64,000 bases of DNA, taken from positions 39,434,001-39,498,000 of the forward strand of contig NC_086108.1 in the NCBI RefSeq assembly GCF_963921235.1, read 5' to 3'. Below, one piece after another: positions 62,001-64,000 of this stretch (position 1 is the first letter of the stretch; each line of letters begins with the position of its first letter). Below the pieces are notes generated by a model. That model saw only the letters and a list, made by a program, of their open reading frames with translations. It was not told the DNA's origin and did not search any database. The stretch is from Mobula hypostoma (lineage: Eukaryota). Both the position numbers and the translations under genes were made by a program.

Positions 62001-64000
62001 GTGAGTACTGGAGGGGAATCGGTGAATATTGGAGGGGAATTGGGGAGTACAGGAGGAGAGTGGGTGAGTGCAGGAGGGGAATGGGTGAATTCAGGAGGGG
62101 AGTGGGTGAATACAGGAGGGGACTGGGTGAGTACAGGAGGAGAGTGGGTGAGTACAGGAGGGAGTGGGTGAATACAGAAGGGGAGTGGGTGAGTCCAGAA
62201 GGGAGTGGGTGAATACAGATGGGGTAGAGGGTGAGTACAGGAGGGGAATGTGTGAATACAGAAGGGGAGTGGGTGAGTACTGCAGGGGAGTGGGTTAGTA
62301 CTGGAGGTGAATGGGCGAATACTGGAGGGGAATGGGTGAATACAGGAGGGGAATCGGTGACTAGGAAGGGCAGTGAGTGAGTACAGGAGGGGAATGGGTG
62401 AGTACAGGAGGGGAATGGTTGAATACAGTAGGGTAGTGGGTGAGTACAGGACGGGAATGAGTGAGTGCAGGAGGGGAATGGGTGAATACAGAGGGGAATA
62501 GGTGAGAACAGGAGGGGAATGGGTGAGTACTGGTGGGGAGTGGGTGAGTACAGGAGGGGATGGGTGAGTACAGGAGGGGAGCGAGTGAGTACAGGAGGGG
62601 AGTGGGTGTATACAGGATGGGAATGAGTGAGTACGGGAGGGGAATGGGTGAGTACTGGATGGGAGTGGGTGAATACAGGATGGCAATGGGTGAAAACAGG
62701 AGGGGAATGCGTGAATGCAGGAGGGGATTGCGTGAATAAAGGAGGGGAGTGGGTGAGTACGGGAGGGGAGTGGGTGCGTACAGGAGGGGAGTGGGTGAGT
62801 ACAGGAGGGGTATGGGTGAATACAGGAGGGGAATGGTTGAGTACGGGAGGGGAGTTGGTGAATACAGGAGGGGAGTGGGTGAGTACAGGAGAGGAGTGCG
62901 TGAGGACAGGAGGGAGTGGGTGAATACAGAAGGGGAGTGGGTGAGTACAGGAGGGGAATGGGTGACTCCAGAAGGGAGTGGGTGAATACAGAAGGAGGAG
63001 AGGGTGAGTACAGGAGGGGAATGGGTGAATACAGAAGGGCAGTGGGTGAGTACTGGAGGGGAGTGGGTGAGTACTGGAGGGGAATGGGCAAATACTGGAG
63101 GGGAATGGGTGAGTACAGGAGGGGAGTGGGTGAACATAGGAGTGGAGTGGGTGAGTACTGGATGGGAGTGTCTAATTTCAGGAGGGGAATGGGTGAGTAG
63201 GGGAGGGGAATGGGTGACTAGGAAGGGGAGTGGGTGAGTACTGGAGAGGAATGGGTGAGTACAGGAGGGGTATGAGTGAGTGCAGTACGGGAATGGGTGA
63301 ATACAGGAGGGGAATGCGTGAGTACGGGAGGGGAGTGTCTAAGTTCAGCAGGCGAATGGGTGAGTATGGGAGGGGAATGGGTGACTAGGAAGGGGAGTGA
63401 GTGAGTACAGGAGGGGAATGGGTGAGTACAGGAGGGGAATGGGTGAGTTCAGGAGGGGAGTGGGTGAGTATGGGAGGGGAATGTGTGAATACAGGACGGG
63501 AGTGGTTGAATACAGGGGGGGAATGGGTGAGTACAGGAGGGCAATGGGTGAGTACAGGAGGGGAATGGGTGTTTACAGTGTGGGAATAGGTGAGTACGGG
63601 CGGGGAATGGGTGAGTACAGGAGGGGTATGGGTGAATACAGGAGGGGCATGGGTGAGTATGGGAGGGGAGTGGGTGAATACAGGAGGGGAGTGGGGGAGC
63701 ACTGGAGGGGAATGGGTGAATATTGGAGGGGAATGGGTGAGTACAGGAGGAGAGTGGGTGAGTGCAGGAGGGGAATGGGTGAATTCAGGAGGGCAGTGGG
63801 TGAATACAGGAGGGGAGTGGGTGAGTACAGGAGGGAGTGGGTGAATACAGAAGGGGAGTGGGTGAGTCCAGAAGGGAGTGGGTGAATACAGACGGGGTAG
63901 AGGGTGAGTACAGGAGGGGAATGGGTGAGTACAGGAGGGGAATGGTTGAATACAGGAGGGTAGTGGGTGAGTACAGGACGGGAATGAGTGAGTGCAGGAG
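29071..64000 (+). repeat. Very long G-rich 21-bp minisatellite/satellite array, consensus GGAGGGGARTGGGTGARTACA, with higher-order duplications; runs off the window end
   Basis: Continuous tandem units from ~29071 to 64000, with recurring 20-bp and substitution variants. The 7-aa periodic translations are GEYRRG(V/M), VSTGGEW, LTHSPPV and YSPTPLL. Confidence 0.98.

Noticed and set aside
29069..63885. Numerous long ORFs (up to 742 aa) rich in GEYRRG, STGGEW, THSPPV and YSPTPLL
   Set aside because: These are by-products of a 21-bp unit lacking stops in most frames. They overlap on both strands and switch frame at 20-bp units.
29071..64000. CRISPR array or telomeric repeat
   Set aside because: The units are directly adjacent with no unique spacers, there are no cas genes, and there are no TTAGGG tracts.
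29071..64000. Immunoglobulin switch-like region
   Set aside because: It is G-rich and repetitive but essentially lacks AGCT/GAGCT motifs, and no Ig exons are visible in the window.

Overview
Eukaryotic, intronic/intergenic-type vertebrate DNA. The repeat repertoire (CR1, Rex1/Babar, V-SINE, Penelope-like elements with hammerhead-bearing termini) suggests a cartilaginous fish, probably a ray or skate; this is inference. There is no prokaryotic system, CRISPR array or recognisable host gene. Bases 1-29070 are a nested transposable-element field: CR1 copies, a Rex1/Babar LINE, an L1 3' end with a TSD, an R4/Dong-like LINE, several Penelope-like (GIY-YIG) pieces carrying minimal hammerhead ribozyme motifs, tRNA-derived SINEs and three copies of an ~80-bp hAT-like MITE. 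A speculative, phase-compatible four-exon minus-strand model with a 21-nt microexon can be threaded through the unique DNA. Bases ~29071-64000 are one uninterrupted G-rich 21-bp minisatellite (consensus GGAGGGGARTGGGTGARTACA, >=34.9 kb, about 1,650+ units) with higher-order duplications from 0.8 to 4.7 kb. All ORFs beyond 29 kb are translations of this repeat.
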